Shown: piece after piece, positions 62,105 to 64,000 of the stretch | Numbering within the stretch: the first letter of the stretch is position 1 | Layout: each line of letters begins with the position of its first letter | NCBI GenBank assembly: GCA_029258825.1 | Contig: JAPDKA010000008.1 | Span: 39,548-103,547, forward strand | DNA from: an archaeon | Lineage (GTDB): Archaea > Nanobdellota > Nanobdellia > Pacearchaeales > JAPDKA01 | DNA length: 64,000 nucleotides | Direction of reading: 5' to 3' | Position numbers and translations under genes: made by a program | The notes under the pieces: model-generated | Database searches by the model: none | What the model was told of the DNA's origin: nothing | The model's input: the letters and a program-made list of their open reading frames with translations, nothing else

Positions 62105-62986
62105 TTATAACTTATCTGCTAAAGGGTTGAATGTTGTTTCTGGTTCAAATGCTTTAACAAACACATTGCCGTTTTCATCCTCAAGCCTTGCCACCCACCA
62201 CCAAACATAAAACGGCTTTACAACACAACTACCATCAAACTCACAATCTTTCATCCATTCTGTATATTTTTGATTAAACTTATCAATAGTATAGTTTGCT
62301 CCTTCCCATTCAATGATTATTTTTTGAATTGTTGTCGGATCTGTAATTCCTAACCCTCCTTGACTTATTGGTTTACTCACATTAATCTCAGCTGTCAGCT
62401 CGTTGTAATTAAGCACGTCCTTGGCGTCAACAATAACGCAATAACGCCATCTTAATGTTTCTACTTGCACATCTGTGCATGCAGAAATGTTATACTTTGT
62501 GCCGTTGACTTTGTATATTTTAGTTCTACCATCATCGGTCACAAAATACAACGTCGCCGGCTGTTTAGCAAAGTTGAAGAAGTAAAGCCTGTCGATTGTG
62601 CCGAAAAGCCAGGCAATTTCAAAGCTGGGAAAAGCCATCAACTCAAGATCAAGCCATGCATCTGTGTAATTCACAAGGCTATCCCTCATACATTCTGCAA
62701 CAACAGTCATGTTGCCCCTTAATTGACCTATGTTTTCTCCAAACCTGAAATTTGTTTTTTCCATGCACTCTGGCATGATTTGTTTTGCAAGCAGTGTGTT
62801 GCTTCCTATTTGGTAAAACCCTAAAAAGTTCTTGAACTTTTGTGGTGCTTCTGGTGAATGCGGCAAGTAACGCTGTATGCTTAATGCGAACAAGCCTGAA
62901 GCAACAACAGCAATGATGGTTGCTGCAATCAAAAACCACTGTGCTTTTTTGCTCAAAACATTAAGCAAAACCTTAAGCTTAGCCAT
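62105..62986 (-). CDS. pilin-like protein, 293 aa (KKA|QWFLIAATIIAVV)
   Basis: MAKLKVLLNVLSKKAQWFLIAATIIAVVASGLFAL. An SD-like GAGGTG lies 14 nt upstream (plus-strand CACCTC at 63001-63006). Confidence 0.65.
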   Translation of the reverse strand: MAKLKVLLNVLSKKAQWFLIAATIIAVVASGLFALSIQRYLPHSPEAPQKFKNFLGFYQIGSNTLLAKQIMPECMEKTNFRFGENIGQLRGNMTVVAECMRDSLVNYTDAWLDLELMAFPSFEIAWLFGTIDRLYFFNFAKQPATLYFVTDDGRTKIYKVNGTKYNISACTDVQVETLRWRYCVIVDAKDVLNYNELTAEINVSKPISQGGLGITDPTTIQKIIIEWEGANYTIDKFNQKYTEWMKDCEFDGSCVVKPFYVWWWVARLEDENGNVFVKAFEPETTFNPLADKL

Positions 62987-63122
62987 CTTGCTTCTTCACC
63001 CACCTCTTTTAATCTTTATTATAATTTTAACAATGATTTTAAATTTTTAAAACTTTCTAGCTTTTTGCTTTCGCTTAAGTTTAAAAATTAAGTTTAAAAA
63101 CACACACACCATTAGCAAAATC

Positions 63123-64000
63123 ATGTATGCATTCATATTTGGCAGAGACAAACTGCTTGGCTTTATAGAACTCATAAGCTGGTTAAAAGCAAGAAGCATT
63201 GATTATAGCATGATTAACTATGCCGAAGACTTTAGTTATTGCATCATTGCTGTTGACGATGCTGTTATTGACGAATTAACAACTTGGATTGCTGGTACAG
63301 TGAAGATTGTTAAGATTACATGTTTCTGGCATAGCATAGAAAGCATAAACATTGAAGAACTAACTGCAGTAGTAAATGCAGTTATAAACGATAAAATAAA
63401 CTATGGTATAAATATTTTTGTTAATGCAAGCAGAAAAAAACGCGAACAAATTTATAGCATTATAAAACAAAAATTCAAACAGTTTTTTAATGCAAACAAA
63501 TGCAAAGCAAGGCTTGTTATGCCAAGATTGAAGCACAAGCTGCATTACTTACAGCCAAAAGAAATAATAACAAAAAAACTTATTGAAAGCAAGACAGATT
63601 TTTGTTTTTTCATAAGTGAAAGTGTTGTTTATGCAGGTTATACAGTAAAGCTAATCAATCCTGAGCAATTTAAACAAAAAGATCAAGCAAGAACAGCAGT
63701 AAGCATTGAAGCAATGTCACCAAGACTAGCAAAGATACTAATTAATCTTGCTGGTCTAAAACAAGAAAGCTTTATGCTTGATCCATTTTGCGGAATTGGC
63801 ACAGTATTGGTTGAAGCAACCTTGCTCGGCATAAATGTTGTAGGCACTGATATAAATGAAAACAAGATCAATGCGGCAAGACAAAACGTTAAAGCAATAA
63901 CAAGCAAAACTGTTCCTGTTATTAAGGCGGACGCTACAAAACTAGCAGAAATCCAAGCAGGGCTTATGCAAAATGCAAAGTTTGATGCTATAGTCACAGA
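63123..64000 (+). CDS. Trm11/TrmG10-like tRNA (guanine-N2) methyltransferase, 3' end cut by the window edge
   Basis: My translation from the ATG at 63123 stays open to base 64000. THUMP-like N-half, then the SAM/N-methyltransferase motif LDPFCGIGTVLVEA and GTDIN. Confidence 0.7.
   Translation, partial: MYAFIFGRDKLLGFIELISWLKARSIDYSMINYAEDFSYCIIAVDDAVIDELTTWIAGTVKIVKITCFWHSIESINIEELTAVVNAVINDKINYGINIFVNASRKKREQIYSIIKQKFKQFFNANKCKARLVMPRLKHKLHYLQPKEIITKKLIESKTDFCFFISESVVYAGYTVKLINPEQFKQKDQARTAVSIEAMSPRLAKILINLAGLKQESFMLDPFCGIGTVLVEATLLGINVVGTDINENKINAARQNVKAITSKTVPVIKADATKLAEIQAGLMQNAKFDAIVT

Noticed and set aside
63079-63100. Tandem AAGTTTAAAAA duplication in the divergent spacer between 62986 and 63123.
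   Set aside because: It is most simply two overlapping TATA-like elements serving the divergent promoters. It is too short and AT-rich to argue for anything more.

Overview
AT-rich archaeal chromosome segment. The informational genes are archaeal: PCNA, RadA, RPA, a fused PriS-PriL primase, Rpo7/Spt4, ribosomal proteins S24e and S27ae, deoxyhypusine synthase, Dph6 and an archaeal-type RNase P RNA. Q-rich proteins, compact genes and many orphan surface proteins suggest a DPANN-like (Woese-/Pacearchaeota-type) lineage, but that is inference only. I can support about 65 protein genes, 3 tRNAs (Ser-GCU, Thr-CGU, Arg-GCG), RNase P RNA, several BRE/TATA promoters placed for leaderless mRNAs, and some internal repeats. 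I saw no rRNA, CRISPR array, transposase or integrase. Housekeeping genes are interleaved with accessory blocks. (1) A tight four-gene operon at 10086-15700 encodes a MoxR-like AAA+ ATPase, an HExxH-metallopeptidase/vWA fusion and two paralogous 24-residue solenoid-repeat proteins whose 5' ends share 100 identical nt. (2) A same-strand supercluster of about 18 kb (25349-43306) encodes giant cysteine-rich secreted or membrane proteins interleaved with small proteins carrying archaeal class-III (prepilin-like) K-[A/G]-Q signal peptides. It is bracketed by DUF234-type ATPase paralogs whose 3' ends form a 218-nt near-identical direct repeat 16.3 kb apart. (3) A second pilin-like locus (58490-62986) carries a beta-propeller protein with a bacterial T9SS-like C-terminal domain and a 20-nt perfect palindrome upstream. 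Also present are a HEPN/MNT toxin-antitoxin pair, an L,D-transpeptidase, a GATase-Dph6 gene pair and an orphan HerA-like ATPase. All calls come from reading motifs by eye; no database search was possible.
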